Counted from the stretch's first letter, positions 37,479 to 48,096 are shown. The stretch is 64,000 nt of DNA from an uncultured Nitrososphaerota archaeon (GCA_964416155.1 CAYQCW010000003.1:1-64000); one strand, 5' to 3'. Notes: generated from the sequence alone by a model not told the origin. Translations and numbers: made by a program.

Positions 37479-37772
37479 ATGCGTAGGGAAGTGTTGCGGC
37501 CAGGGAGAATATGCGTGATAACCCGCGGCAGGAACAGGGGGAAGAAATGCGTTGTAGTAGGCAGTATTGACGATACGAGTATTCTCGTAACTGGCCCGAA
37601 GGAGTTGAACGGTGTTAAGAGGGGTAGGAAGAACATCCTCCACCTTCTGCCTCTTGCTGAAACCGTAAGAATAAGGGTGAACTCTAAGGATGAGACTGTT
37701 ATGGCAGTCCTGGAGAAAAGCGGTTTGAAAGAGTTCATGAGGGAGAGCGTGAAGGTTGAGGACGCTTGTTGA
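37479..37772 (+). CDS. rpl14e: 50S ribosomal protein eL14
   Basis: GRICVITRGRNRGKKCVVV, TGPKELNGVKR. Confidence 0.94.
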   Translation: MRREVLRPGRICVITRGRNRGKKCVVVGSIDDTSILVTGPKELNGVKRGRKNILHLLPLAETVRIRVNSKDETVMAVLEKSGLKEFMRESVKVEDAC

Positions 37773-38758
37773 CTTCGTGAAGTTGCGGACGCTGGTGAAA
37801 GAGGAGTGTGAAACCGACGAGAAATACGGGGAGCACCCTGATAAGAGAAGCATGTCTAGGCTTCTGCAGCTGGGGGTTGTGAACCTGGATAAGCCTCCAG
37901 GACCCTCAAGCCACGACGTGTCTTCAACAGTTAAAAGAATCCTCAACGCTGAGAAAGCTGGGCACGCCGGGACCCTTGAAGCGATGGGGAAATCCCGGTG
38001 TCTCCGGTGTTCTACCCGTATGCCTTAACGACGCTACTAAAACCATAGAGTACTTGCATATGATGAGTAAAGAGTATGTAGGGGTGTGCGAGATCCACGG
38101 GGTTTTTGACGAGAAGGCTTTGCGAAGATGGGTTGAGAAAATGACTAGTCCAATATACCAGCGGCCGCCGGTGAAATCATCCGTTAAAAGGTCGCTGAGA
38201 CGGAGAATTATTGTAAGGTTTACAGTGGAGGATGTTTCAGAAAGGAGGTTTGTTTTCAGAGTTGTCACTGAACCAGGCACGTATATTAGGAAGCTTATCC
38301 ACGACCTAGGCCTGCTTTTAGGAACAGGTGCACACATGGTTGAGCTCAGAAGGGTTAGGGACGGTTTTCTCAACGAGGATTCCTCAACAACCCTTCTCGA
38401 GCTCTACGCTGCTTGGCAGCTCTACTCTAAGAAGGGTGACGAGACCCTTATCAGAAGATTTGTCAAGCCTGTTGAAGACGCTTTCAAAGGATTCCCTTCA
38501 GTCTACATTAAGGACAATGCTGTTGCAGCGGTTGCCCACGGCGCCCCCCTCGCCTCCAGAGGGGTTTCTAAAATAGACCACCCGCTTTCCAAGGGCGACG
38601 TAATATGCATAAAAACCCTGAAGGGAGAGTGCGTCGGCTTCGGAGCTCTCACCATGAGTTCAGACGAGGTTCTGCAGGCCAAGAGCGGAATGGTTGTTTC
38701 GGTGGAAAGAGTTGTGATGAGCAGAGACTTATATCCTAAAATGTGGAGAAGTCACTGA
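37756..38758 (+). CDS. cbf5: H/ACA pseudouridine synthase Cbf5, interrupted by a 13-nt intron (exons 37756-37978 and 37992-38758)
   Basis: Two overlapping ORFs (LDKPPGPSSH...GHAGTL and PGVSGVLP...YQRPP...GTYIR...PUA); removing 13 nt restores GTLDPGVSGVL and a 990-nt reading frame. Confidence 0.93.
37979..37991 (+). other. BHB/BHL-type mRNA intron in cbf5
   Basis: Exon helix ACGCCGGGA/TCCCGGTGT, central helix CCCT/GGGG, bulges TGA and AAA; cleavage after the second bulge base gives G|AT (Asp). Confidence 0.88.
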
Positions 38759-39072
38759 ATCATCTTTTTCCCATCATCAGGACGCATACTAAACTCTTTC
38801 TTAATCTCCTCAAATTTCTCTATCGTCCGTAGCGCGTGCCATTTTCTTTTTTGATATTTTTACTTCGACGATACTGTTTACTTTTTCAAATTAGCCAAAT
38901 AAGTAAGAATGGAATATGAATGAGGTTAGATCTACGATATACCCGAATCTATTTTAAATTACTGGATTTTTGTAAGCGTTATGCTTAAAAGCTTAACTTC
39001 ACGGTTGGTCGGCAGGATGGTGAATCCTGAGCTTAGAAAGCGACTCGTGAATTCGATAGAAAGCTTTAAGGT

Positions 39073-39651
39073 TTAACGGGATGCTTCAGCATGCCTCTCC
39101 AGTTCTATCTTCCTGGAGACTGCGAAGCTTGCTTCACTGTTGCTCGCGGCGTTTATGATTTCCTCAGCGAGGCTTTCTGCCATGCTTTTTCTAGTCTTGA
39201 AGCTTTTTCTTTTCGCCCCGTCAACTATGTTTCTTATCGCTAGGTCAACTCTCCTACCGGGTGAGATGTCTACAGACTGGTAGTAGACTATTCCGCCGTA
39301 GCTGACTCTGGTCGTGTCCTCCCTGGGCGCTGAGTTTACGAGGGCGTCCACGAAGACTTCAACAGGGTTTCTTCCTGTTTGGAGGCTTATTATTTCAAAG
39401 ACGTTTTTAACTATGTTTATGGCTTTGGTTTTTCTCCCGCCTGCTCTGGCTGTTTGAGCAACCCTGTTAACCAGGTGTTCAACAATGTTTACGCTGTACT
39501 TCCAGAATTTCCTCTTCTCATGTCTCCCCCCGGAGTGCGGGATGACCACGGGCCTGAGGCTGATTACCTGTGCCAGCCCCGGGTCTCTAACCTGTATTCC
39601 GCTGAGATCCCACTTGTCGAACAGCCGGCATTCTACACTTGTCTTAGCCAA
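39073..39651 (-). CDS. rps7: 30S ribosomal protein uS7
   Basis: LFDKWD, PHSGGRH, NSAPRED, SVDISP. Confidence 0.96.
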   Translation of the reverse strand: MAKTSVECRLFDKWDLSGIQVRDPGLAQVISLRPVVIPHSGGRHEKRKFWKYSVNIVEHLVNRVAQTARAGGRKTKAINIVKNVFEIISLQTGRNPVEVFVDALVNSAPREDTTRVSYGGIVYYQSVDISPGRRVDLAIRNIVDGAKRKSFKTRKSMAESLAEEIINAASNSEASFAVSRKIELERHAEASR

Positions 39652-39691
39652 GAGTCGTGTTTTAAACGGCCCGTGATAGTTTATATAAAGC

Positions 39692-40120
39692 TTACCTTGT
39701 CGGCTTCTGCTTCTTACCCTTTAAAAGGGCGTCTAGGGAAACCCCGTTTACGTTTATAACCTTGTATCTTACTCCCGGAATGTCTCCCATGGATCTACCC
39801 AACGTGCCCCCGATTCCTGCAACAATCACCTCGTCCCTCTCGTTTATGAAGTTTAAGCCGCCGTCTTTAGGTACGAATGCCGTTATCTCCTTCCCGTTCT
39901 TTATAAGCTGGACCCTGACGCATTTCCTGACAGCACTGTTAGGCTGCTTGCTTGCTATCCCGACTTTCTCCAAGACGACGCCCCTCGCCATGGGTGCTCC
40001 TTCAAGCGGGTCGTACAGCTCCTTGAGCCTTAGCACCCTCTTAGTATAATATTTATAGCTCCACCTGAACTTTCTCCGAATTTTTATCAAGCTTCTGGCT
40101 GCGAATTCTCCTTTACCCAA
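39692..40120 (-). CDS. rps12: 30S ribosomal protein uS12
   Basis: [23 protein letters not shown]. Confidence 0.97.
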   Translation of the reverse strand: MGKGEFAARSLIKIRRKFRWSYKYYTKRVLRLKELYDPLEGAPMARGVVLEKVGIASKQPNSAVRKCVRVQLIKNGKEITAFVPKDGGLNFINERDEVIVAGIGGTLGRSMGDIPGVRYKVINVNGVSLDALLKGKKQKPTR

Positions 40121-40164
40121 ACCCTAGAATGCTGCGAAACAGGGTCTTATTAAGTTTCCGACGC

Positions 40165-40614
40165 CTATCTTATTTTAACGTCGCTAAGGCCGAAGTGCCT
40201 CCTAGCTATTTCCCTTATTCCCTGTATTCTGAACCCGTTTCTACCTATTGCCCTGCCCTTATCCGCGTCGTCGACCGTTAAGTATGCTATTCTCCCCCCT
40301 TTAATCCCGTTTTCAAGTCGTATTTCAAGCACCTTAACAGGGTGGAGGGCTCTTTTCAAGAATGTTTCAACATCCTCATGGTACTCCACTATCTGAACCT
40401 CCCTCCCTATTCTCCTTGAAAAATGCTGGAGCAGAATCCTGTAGCTACGCCTGATTCTTTCAGCATCCTCAGGCTTGAGAAGGAAGAACACTGTCTTATC
40501 ACCGTTAGCCATCATGCAGTCTATCGCCCGGGTGGCGGTCGCACTCTCAAAGAAGCCTATGATGCTCAGCTCCTGGTTAGACCAGCTTATTCTTGCTTCA
40601 TCCCTGCTTGTCAT
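40165..40614 (-). CDS. nusA: Archaeal NusA-like KH protein
   Basis: DKGRAIGRNG KH motif; conserved context. Confidence 0.9.
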   Translation of the reverse strand: MTSRDEARISWSNQELSIIGFFESATATRAIDCMMANGDKTVFFLLKPEDAERIRRSYRILLQHFSRRIGREVQIVEYHEDVETFLKRALHPVKVLEIRLENGIKGGRIAYLTVDDADKGRAIGRNGFRIQGIREIARRHFGLSDVKIR

Positions 40615-40924
40615 TCTGCTTGGCTTCCTCCAGTATTTCTGACTCCCCCTGGTTCAATATTCCTATAATGGAGGCGGGGTGTTTTAAGTTTAACGCTTTA
40701 CCCAAGACTACGCGGGATCCCTCGTAGACTATCGCGGGCGTTTTAGAAAGCTCTATCGCGTTGCGAAGCCTGCTAAGCAATGGTTGCGGTAGGCTTGAAA
40801 CATAGATTACGCCCTCCAGCTTACCCTGGAGCAGGAGCCTGTAGACTTCATTGAACCCGGCTACGAAAGAGCCTGTTTTAGCAAGCAGTTCAAGCCTGCT
40901 GCTCAGCGACACTCTCTCCACCAT
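40598..40924 (-). CDS. rpl30e: 50S ribosomal protein eL30
   Basis: KTGSFVAG, YEGSRVVLG, GESEIL; conserved context. Confidence 0.88.
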   Translation of the reverse strand: MVERVSLSSRLELLAKTGSFVAGFNEVYRLLLQGKLEGVIYVSSLPQPLLSRLRNAIELSKTPAIVYEGSRVVLGKALNLKHPASIIGILNQGESEILEEAKQNDKQG

Positions 40925-43900
40925 CGTTGTTCTCACTCCTGCTTAAGCCCCCTATATCAACATATACTTTAACCATTCCGGTGCCTGCGAAAATCTCTGA
41001 ACCCGCTAGAACCCGCTCCGTCATCCCGAGCAGCCTGTCCTCAGCGCCTGAGACCGCCCCTTCAACAAGAACCTGAACAGCCCTTTCGAAAGCAGCCTTG
41101 GCGAGCACGCTCTGCTTTCTCCCGCTTACACCATGTCTGCCTATCTGCTTTATCTCCCCGTCCTGTGTCATTGCGCTTGCAACAAGTGAAAGATGCCTCC
41201 AGTCAACGTCCAGCCCCTGCTCGTTAAGCGTCCTCCACATCTCGTTTATCAGGGCTGTCCTGGCAGCCTCAATGCCTAGCACGTTGGCGATCTCATGAAC
41301 GTCGTTGCTTATTGTTCTCGAATGATCCACCTCAGAAATGTTGAAAACCTCAGCCAGGTTGCTTCCCTCCGTTATTATGCAGTACTCACCACCCTCCTCC
41401 TTCAAGAGGACCCCTTTAACCTTTGTTACTCCGCTGACCGGCGTCTTCCTTATCTTGGACTCGAACTTCTGCGGGTCTGCCTTAATAGGTATCTCAAAAC
41501 TCCCGTCATTCTTAACGTTGAACTTCAAGCCGAGTGTTTCAAGAACTTTTTCAACATCCTTCTCCGAAAGCCCTCTTTCGCTGAGCCATTCTTTAACCGG
41601 GTGTATAACAAGATAGTCGTAAGCCGTTGTGGATTTCAAGCTTATCCTAGAAACGTCCTCAATAGTCGTGTAGACGAGTTTTCTAGCAACCCTCAGAGCC
41701 CTAGCGTAATCCTTGTTATACGGGCTTTTAAGGTAAACGGTCATCATGGGCGTCTTAGGCGTTTTCCTAGCGTCGAGCAACTCGATCAGCCTAGGCAGGC
41801 CGAGGGTCACGTTTGCCTCTCTAACCCCAGCGTAGTGGAACGTCCTAAGCGTCATCTGCGTTCCAGGCTCGCCTATGGATTGGGCTGCAACAACCCCGAC
41901 GCTTTCACCAGCCTCCACAAGCGCACGACGATACTCCCTCAATATCTGCTCAACCACTTTTCTAGCAGCCGGCTTCGATAATCCTTTGGAAACTATCGCG
42001 TGGAAAGCCTCCCTCTGAATGTTGACTGGTAGAAGCCTCCCGTACTCCTCGATTATTCTCTTGACTGTCTGCCTGTCCGCTGGCGTACCCTTCTTAACTG
42101 CCGAAAGCACGTATTCCTCCACTATTCTTTTCGCGTCGACGGACTTACCGTGGTCGCTTTTAGACGGATCAACCCCGTCCTCGCCATATATCACGTCAAC
42201 AATGTTCCCATAGGAGTCTCTGACGGTACCATCATATTCAACCCTAAGCGACTCCAGTGCGTGGATGAGCCTACGTTGGAGATACCCGCTCTGCTGCGTT
42301 CTGACGGCGGTGTCGACGAGGGACTCACGCCCACTCATGGAGTGGTAGAATAGCTCAACTGGAGATAGGCCAGCATAATAGTTAGACTTTACGAACCCTC
42401 TGGCAACTGGGCTGAGGTCGCCTTTGCGGAAGTGTGGCAACGGTCTTCCAACGTAACCCTTAAAGATTCTCTTGCCTCGGAGCGCTTGCTGGCCTAGGCA
42501 TCCGGATATCTGGCCCACGTTGAGGTCTGAGCCCCTTGCACCCGTTTTAGTCATTATGACCATGTTGTTATCCAGCCCGAGTGAGGAGGATACTAGGCTG
42601 CCTACCTTGCTCCTGACTTTCGAGAGAGCATCCATTATGTATGCTTCCAAGCTCTCCTCCTCGCTCATCCCAGGTATCCTCTTAATCCTCCCCTTGCTCC
42701 AGTCCTCCAGAAGACTGTTCACTTCAACGTCAGCCTGGTTGGCTTCTTTCTCAACCTGTTCCTGAACATCTTTTGGAAGGCTCACATCCCTGTAGCCGAA
42801 GCTGAATCCTCTTAGGAGCAGGAACTCCCTAACCATTTTCTGGAAGGAGGATATGAACCTGTGCCCCTCCTCAGCCCCATACTTCTTAATAATCCTGTGG
42901 AGAATCGTGTCAGCCTTCTCAGCCCCTATCGACGCCTTGTCTATTACTCCGGAAACCAGTTTCCCGTTTTTCACGATTATCTCAGCATCGTCTCTAGACG
43001 GGCCGCCTACGCTAGTCTTGTCAACATAGTTGAAATCTTCTTTGAAAAGAAGGCTGACCGCCTGTCTGCCTGACCACAGTGACACCGGCTTCTTAACCTC
43101 TGGCTCAGGAAGCTTACCCTCGTACCCCGCAGCGTAGACGATTCTCGCGAACTCCTCCTTAGTGAGATACGTGTCCTTTCTGGTTAGCAGGTAAGCCCCG
43201 GTTATGAAATCCCTTATGGCGCCCATTATGGGTGCGCCGTATCGCGGCGTCAAATAGTGTTTCTTGACTCCGAGAAGCATGCTCGTCTCAACATGAGCCT
43301 CGATGCTCTGTGGAACATGCAGGTTCATCTCGTCACCGTCGAAGTCAGCATTGTAAGGCGGGCAGACACTCGGATGCAGCCTGAAGGTTTTACCCGGGAG
43401 AACTTTCACCCTGTGCCCAAGCATTGAGAGACGGTGGAGCGAGGGCTGCCTGTTGAAGATTACGAAGTCCCCGTCGAGAAGGTGTCTTTCAACAATAAAC
43501 CCTATGTCAAGAGCCTCTGCGAGAGAATCCCTGTTCTCGACGAATTGAAGCTTATGCCTGGCACCGCTAGGCCTCACAACGTATTCTGAACCGGGATGTA
43601 TGAAAGGCCCGTTTCTAACAAGCTGAACCAACCAGTCTCTATTCCAATATGTAACCCTCTCCGGAACAGTAAGGATCTTAGCGACCTCCTCCGGAACCCC
43701 GACCTCGTCGATGCTCAGATATGGGTCTGGAGATATGACTGTCCTAGCTGAGAAGTCAACCCTCTTGCCGGAGAGGTTCTTCCTGAAGCGTCCCTCCTTA
43801 CCTTTCAGCCTCTGGGCGAGAGTTTTCAGGGTTTTACGTGTCCTGTGCTGAGCTGGAAGAATACCTACAGCCTCGTTGTCGAAATAGGTTGTAACATGGT

Positions 43901-44726
43901 ATTGTAGAAGATCCTCGTGATCCTGTATTATGAGCGGAGACGCACCGGACTCTATATACTCCCGTATCCTGCGCGCAGTCCTAACTATGTCTACAAGCTT
44001 ATGCGTCAAATCATCCTCAGATCTCTCCCCAGTTTCAAGTATTATTGAGGGCCTCACTTGGATAGGCGGCACCGGCAGAACCTCTATCACGTACCAAGCC
44101 GGATGGGCAACCTCAGGATCAATGTTTAGAAGCCTAAGGTCATCGTCAGGGATCCTGTTCAAACGCTCCCTTATGATCCTTGTGTTTAAAAGCCGTAGGA
44201 CGCCATCAGGATCCCTCTCGTAAAACCTGGTTGGCCGTTCCAGCTTAACCTGGTACTTGTCAGCACCGCAGTGGGAACACCTGTTGGATCTTCTCACCTC
44301 ATCCTTTATCTGATCGAAAATCTGGTCGGGAACAATGCCATAGTTCTCATCAAACTCCCTTATCTTCTCCCTGTAGTGGTTTATCCTCTCGTTAGGCAGG
44401 AGGATCCTGCCGCACTGCCTGCACGTGGACTGGAGAACCCTCTCTATCTCCCTTGCGAAAGAAACATGTATGACTGGAACCGGTAGCTCAATATGGCCGA
44501 AGTGCCCGGGACACTTGTCCGGAAGGTTTCCGCATGTCTTACACCTCTGTCTAGGCTCTATCGTGCCGAGCCTAGTGTCCATAACCCCCCCGGGGACGGA
44601 TAGACCATCCTGATCGTAAGTCTCATCCGTAGTGACCTCCATTACCGAGAGTCTTCTGATCTCCGCCGGGGAAAGAACCCCGAACTTTATCGAGTCTACC
44701 TGCTTTATCTCAACCTCCTGGCTCAT
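40890..44726 (-). CDS. rpoA: RNA polymerase largest subunit, fused A'/A''
   Basis: YNADFDGDEMN and the A''-type AAQSIGEPGTQMTLRTFHYAG in one 1278-aa ORF. Confidence 0.97.
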   Translation of the reverse strand: MSQEVEIKQVDSIKFGVLSPAEIRRLSVMEVTTDETYDQDGLSVPGGVMDTRLGTIEPRQRCKTCGNLPDKCPGHFGHIELPVPVIHVSFAREIERVLQSTCRQCGRILLPNERINHYREKIREFDENYGIVPDQIFDQIKDEVRRSNRCSHCGADKYQVKLERPTRFYERDPDGVLRLLNTRIIRERLNRIPDDDLRLLNIDPEVAHPAWYVIEVLPVPPIQVRPSIILETGERSEDDLTHKLVDIVRTARRIREYIESGASPLIIQDHEDLLQYHVTTYFDNEAVGILPAQHRTRKTLKTLAQRLKGKEGRFRKNLSGKRVDFSARTVISPDPYLSIDEVGVPEEVAKILTVPERVTYWNRDWLVQLVRNGPFIHPGSEYVVRPSGARHKLQFVENRDSLAEALDIGFIVERHLLDGDFVIFNRQPSLHRLSMLGHRVKVLPGKTFRLHPSVCPPYNADFDGDEMNLHVPQSIEAHVETSMLLGVKKHYLTPRYGAPIMGAIRDFITGAYLLTRKDTYLTKEEFARIVYAAGYEGKLPEPEVKKPVSLWSGRQAVSLLFKEDFNYVDKTSVGGPSRDDAEIIVKNGKLVSGVIDKASIGAEKADTILHRIIKKYGAEEGHRFISSFQKMVREFLLLRGFSFGYRDVSLPKDVQEQVEKEANQADVEVNSLLEDWSKGRIKRIPGMSEEESLEAYIMDALSKVRSKVGSLVSSSLGLDNNMVIMTKTGARGSDLNVGQISGCLGQQALRGKRIFKGYVGRPLPHFRKGDLSPVARGFVKSNYYAGLSPVELFYHSMSGRESLVDTAVRTQQSGYLQRRLIHALESLRVEYDGTVRDSYGNIVDVIYGEDGVDPSKSDHGKSVDAKRIVEEYVLSAVKKGTPADRQTVKRIIEEYGRLLPVNIQREAFHAIVSKGLSKPAARKVVEQILREYRRALVEAGESVGVVAAQSIGEPGTQMTLRTFHYAGVREANVTLGLPRLIELLDARKTPKTPMMTVYLKSPYNKDYARALRVARKLVYTTIEDVSRISLKSTTAYDYLVIHPVKEWLSERGLSEKDVEKVLETLGLKFNVKNDGSFEIPIKADPQKFESKIRKTPVSGVTKVKGVLLKEEGGEYCIITEGSNLAEVFNISEVDHSRTISNDVHEIANVLGIEAARTALINEMWRTLNEQGLDVDWRHLSLVASAMTQDGEIKQIGRHGVSGRKQSVLAKAAFERAVQVLVEGAVSGAEDRLLGMTERVLAGSEIFAGTGMVKVYVDIGGLSRSENNDGGESVAEQQA

Positions 44727-44728
44727 TC

Positions 44729-47700
44729 CTAAACCCTCTCCCTAACCTTGAGCCTCGGGAAAATCCCTAGACTCATCAACTCTTGAAGTAGAAGCTTGAA
44801 CGCGTATGATATTTCGATCCCGCTTACGTCTTTCCCCTTCTCGCAGAGCGGGCACACGTATTTCTTCTGCCTAGCGTCGTAATAGGCGAATGTCCCGCAC
44901 TTCTCGCAGACATGCACGATCGTCCTGTCGGACTCTTCGAGAAGCCTGTCTTGAAGCAGCCTGGCAGCACCATGCCCGACGAGACAGTCTCTTTCCATTT
45001 CTCCGAACCTTAAGCCTCCTCCTCTAGATCTTCCCTCAGTAGGCTGGTGAGTAAGCATCTGAACCTGCCCCCTGGCTCTAGCATGCATCTTATCCTTAAC
45101 CATGTGGTGAAGCCTCTGGTAATACACTATGCCCATGAAAACCTTCGCCTTAAACCGTTTCCCAGTGACACCGTCTATGAAGTTGAACTCGCCGTATGGT
45201 GAGAAGCCGTGTGCCTCCAGAATCCTCTGAACCTCCTGCTCGGGAGCATGTATGAACGTCGTCCCATCCATCTGTCTGCCCTCCAAGGCTGCGGCAGTGC
45301 CGAAGAGAGACTCAAGGAAGTGGCTTATAGTCATTCTGGAGGGTATTGCATGGGGATTTATCAAAGCGTCCGGAACCAAGCCGTCTTCCGTGAAAGGCAT
45401 GTCGGGCTGCGGGACCAGCATCCCCACAACACCTTTCTGTCCAGATCTAGACGCAAACTTGTCTCCTATTTCGGAAATCCTGTGGCTTCTCATCCTCACT
45501 TTTATCAGCTTATTGTTTTCAAGATCCTCGGTTATGAGAACACTGTCGACAAAGCCGCTTTCAGAAGGCTTGAGCGCCACTGAGGAGTCTCTCCTAGCCG
45601 GAGCCTGGAAAACAAGCTCCTTATATTCTTCAAAGAACCTTGGTGGGCTTGACCTTCCAACTATAACGTCCCCACCTTTAACCTCGGCTTCAACAGACAC
45701 TATTCCGTCTTCCTCGATCTTCGCATACGCTTCGTCACCCCTGTATCCCCTAACCTGGGAGTCAGGCTTCTCTATCCTGTCAACCTCCCCCATTGGATAC
45801 CTCCTTGCTTCAACCTCGTACGACCTGTATGTGGTTGACCTTGCAAGCCCACGCTGGACTGAGGCGGCGTTCAAAACTATAGCGTCCTCCATGTTGTACG
45901 GATGCGACATCACTGCCACTAGGAAGTTTTGGCCTATAGGCCTCCTATCTAGACCTATGATCCTGTCGACCTTTGAAGCCACAAGCGGGAGCTGCGGGTA
46001 AGTAGTAACGTGGAAAGTAGTGTAGAACGAGTTGCTGATGTTGGTGAAAGGAAGCCCGAGGGCCTGCTTAGCCATAGCAGCCTCGTAAGTGTTTCTTGGA
46101 GAATGGTTGTGCTCCGCAAACGGGACTGAGGCGGAGACAACGCCGAAAACAAGGAGCGGAGATATTTCTAGATGAGTTGTATCCTCCCTAATATCTCTAA
46201 CGGATGCTGCTATGACAGCGTTCTCCTCCTCGTCAGCATCCAGAAAATCTATTATACCGTTGCCCACAAGGTCGTCGAAGGTTATCTTGCCCAATGCAAG
46301 CTTAGAAACATGATCCTTCGTAAGCTTCACCAAGCCGTCTTCCACAACTATTAAAGGCCTCCTGACCCTCCCAGCGTCAGCATTAATATAGATCTCTTTA
46401 ACAACCCTACCTCCATAGTTGAACTCGTAATATGCAACGTTTATCTCTGAAGGCAGCAGCCCCCTCCTCCTCAGGCTCCTAATCTCCCTGACAAGGGCTT
46501 CGCCGGAGTAAGAATAGCCGACCAGGATGCCGTCTAAAAATATTTTGGCAGCTGATGAACGTTCATCCGGACCAGCTTTATCAATGGTTACTAGGCCAAA
46601 TTTTAAGAGTATTTTCTCAACAGCAGATTTATCTACGGAAACAGATATTTGCGCACCTATGCTCATGTTCTTAACAAGCCCACAATTCACTCCCTCAGGC
46701 GTCTCATTTGGGTCAAGCTTACCCCATTGCGTCGGATGCAAATCCCTAGCGTCAAAGTTCGACTGGCTCCTGCTCAGGGGCGACTGGACTCTGCGCAGAT
46801 GGCTCAGGACAGACAGGTAGTTCGTCCTGTCTAGGAGTTGAGTAACCCCAACCAGCCTCTTACCCCAGTTACCGGTAGCCATAGCCTGGTTTATGGAGTC
46901 GGTTATCAGGCTTGTCGTGATCAGGTTTGAAAAAGAGTGGACGATTCTATGCCTCAAGCTGGATTTTTCAAGCTGGTATCTGAAGTCTCTAACCATTCTT
47001 CGGAAGGCTGTTCTGAAGAGCTCTGCCAAGAGGCCTCCTGCAAGCCTAATCCTCTTATTCCTGTAGTGATCCTTGTCGTCAGGCGGCCGCCACCCTAGTT
47101 TCATAGCGAGAACCCTCTCAGCCATCTCGCACAGGAAAAGAGCCTTCGCATGCCTAAAATTCTCATCCAGCCCCACGTGTGGCAGGAGAATCTTATCCAA
47201 AACATTCTGAGTCTTGTTTAAACGAACCTTGTCCGACTGGCCGTAGGCAACCCTGTTTCCAATATACATTATAGCGTCCTCCTTGCTCAAGATATTCTGA
47301 GCAGCGTCGAAAGAAGGTGCTAAAAGCTCCTGTATTTCTGGGAATGGTGAAACACGCTCAGCAATCTCCCTGTCAGACTCCATTCCAAGGGCTTTCAGCA
47401 TTATGATGAAGGGAACCTCCTGTCCGACGCCTGGAAGATACACTTTCAACTCGTTGCTCTGACCTTTCAGCCTGACTTCAACCCTAGTTCTGTAGCCGAC
47501 GGTTGTTGAGAAAACACGTGCAATGTAGAAGGAGTATGGGCCTATCTTCTTCTCCTCGAGAATTATCCTGTTTGGAGCAAGATCCTCAACGCCGACTATA
47601 ACCCTTTCTGAACCGTTAATTATGAAGTAGCCTCCCGGGTCGTAAGGGTCTTCTCCGAGCTTAACCCTGACTGCTTGGTCTACACCGGCGAGCACGCAAT

Positions 47701-48091
47701 ACCTGGAGTTAACCATTATCGGCATCTCTCCTATTAAAACCTCCTGTCTAATCTCCCGGCCGTCCTTCAGCTCCTTAACCTCCATGAAGATTTGGGCGGC
47801 GTAAGTGAAGTTCCTAACCCTAGCTTCCATCGGGTAAATGTTTCTAACTGCGCCGCTGGGTTCAACAATCCTCGGCGCGCCAACCCACACTCTACCGAGC
47901 TCTATTCTGATAACCTTATCTTCAACAGTAACCTCAATTTTCTTAACCTCGTCCACGATCTTCTGCATATCCTTATCGATAAACTCGTTGAAAGAATCTA
48001 TGTGGTGTCTAGCCAGCCCGATGCTCCTAACATAGTTCTCCGCAACTATCCAGAGGTCCTCGTTACTAAGCTCCTCAGCCATGCTGTTCAA
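44729..48091 (-). CDS. rpoB: RNA polymerase subunit B (unsplit)
   Basis: GDKFASRSGQKG, GLRFGEMERD, C-terminal Zn ribbon. Confidence 0.97.
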   Translation of the reverse strand: MNSMAEELSNEDLWIVAENYVRSIGLARHHIDSFNEFIDKDMQKIVDEVKKIEVTVEDKVIRIELGRVWVGAPRIVEPSGAVRNIYPMEARVRNFTYAAQIFMEVKELKDGREIRQEVLIGEMPIMVNSRYCVLAGVDQAVRVKLGEDPYDPGGYFIINGSERVIVGVEDLAPNRIILEEKKIGPYSFYIARVFSTTVGYRTRVEVRLKGQSNELKVYLPGVGQEVPFIIMLKALGMESDREIAERVSPFPEIQELLAPSFDAAQNILSKEDAIMYIGNRVAYGQSDKVRLNKTQNVLDKILLPHVGLDENFRHAKALFLCEMAERVLAMKLGWRPPDDKDHYRNKRIRLAGGLLAELFRTAFRRMVRDFRYQLEKSSLRHRIVHSFSNLITTSLITDSINQAMATGNWGKRLVGVTQLLDRTNYLSVLSHLRRVQSPLSRSQSNFDARDLHPTQWGKLDPNETPEGVNCGLVKNMSIGAQISVSVDKSAVEKILLKFGLVTIDKAGPDERSSAAKIFLDGILVGYSYSGEALVREIRSLRRRGLLPSEINVAYYEFNYGGRVVKEIYINADAGRVRRPLIVVEDGLVKLTKDHVSKLALGKITFDDLVGNGIIDFLDADEEENAVIAASVRDIREDTTHLEISPLLVFGVVSASVPFAEHNHSPRNTYEAAMAKQALGLPFTNISNSFYTTFHVTTYPQLPLVASKVDRIIGLDRRPIGQNFLVAVMSHPYNMEDAIVLNAASVQRGLARSTTYRSYEVEARRYPMGEVDRIEKPDSQVRGYRGDEAYAKIEEDGIVSVEAEVKGGDVIVGRSSPPRFFEEYKELVFQAPARRDSSVALKPSESGFVDSVLITEDLENNKLIKVRMRSHRISEIGDKFASRSGQKGVVGMLVPQPDMPFTEDGLVPDALINPHAIPSRMTISHFLESLFGTAAALEGRQMDGTTFIHAPEQEVQRILEAHGFSPYGEFNFIDGVTGKRFKAKVFMGIVYYQRLHHMVKDKMHARARGQVQMLTHQPTEGRSRGGGLRFGEMERDCLVGHGAARLLQDRLLEESDRTIVHVCEKCGTFAYYDARQKKYVCPLCEKGKDVSGIEISYAFKLLLQELMSLGIFPRLKVRERV

Positions 48092-48096
48092 ACCGC

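Noticed and set aside
37756-38758. cbf5 as a frameshifted pseudogene or two separate genes
   Set aside because: The 13-nt insert has EndA substrate geometry and its removal exactly restores the catalytic Asp.
38895-38925. CRISPR-repeat-like GTAAGAATGGAAT sequence
   Set aside because: Single occurrence with no regularly spaced repeats; no CRISPR array or cas genes seen in the window.
41295-46001. Long antisense ORFs (e.g. 41295-41981, 45252-46001) and similar shadow ORFs throughout the window
   Set aside because: They lie opposite conserved genes and lack protein motifs; they are codon-bias shadows.
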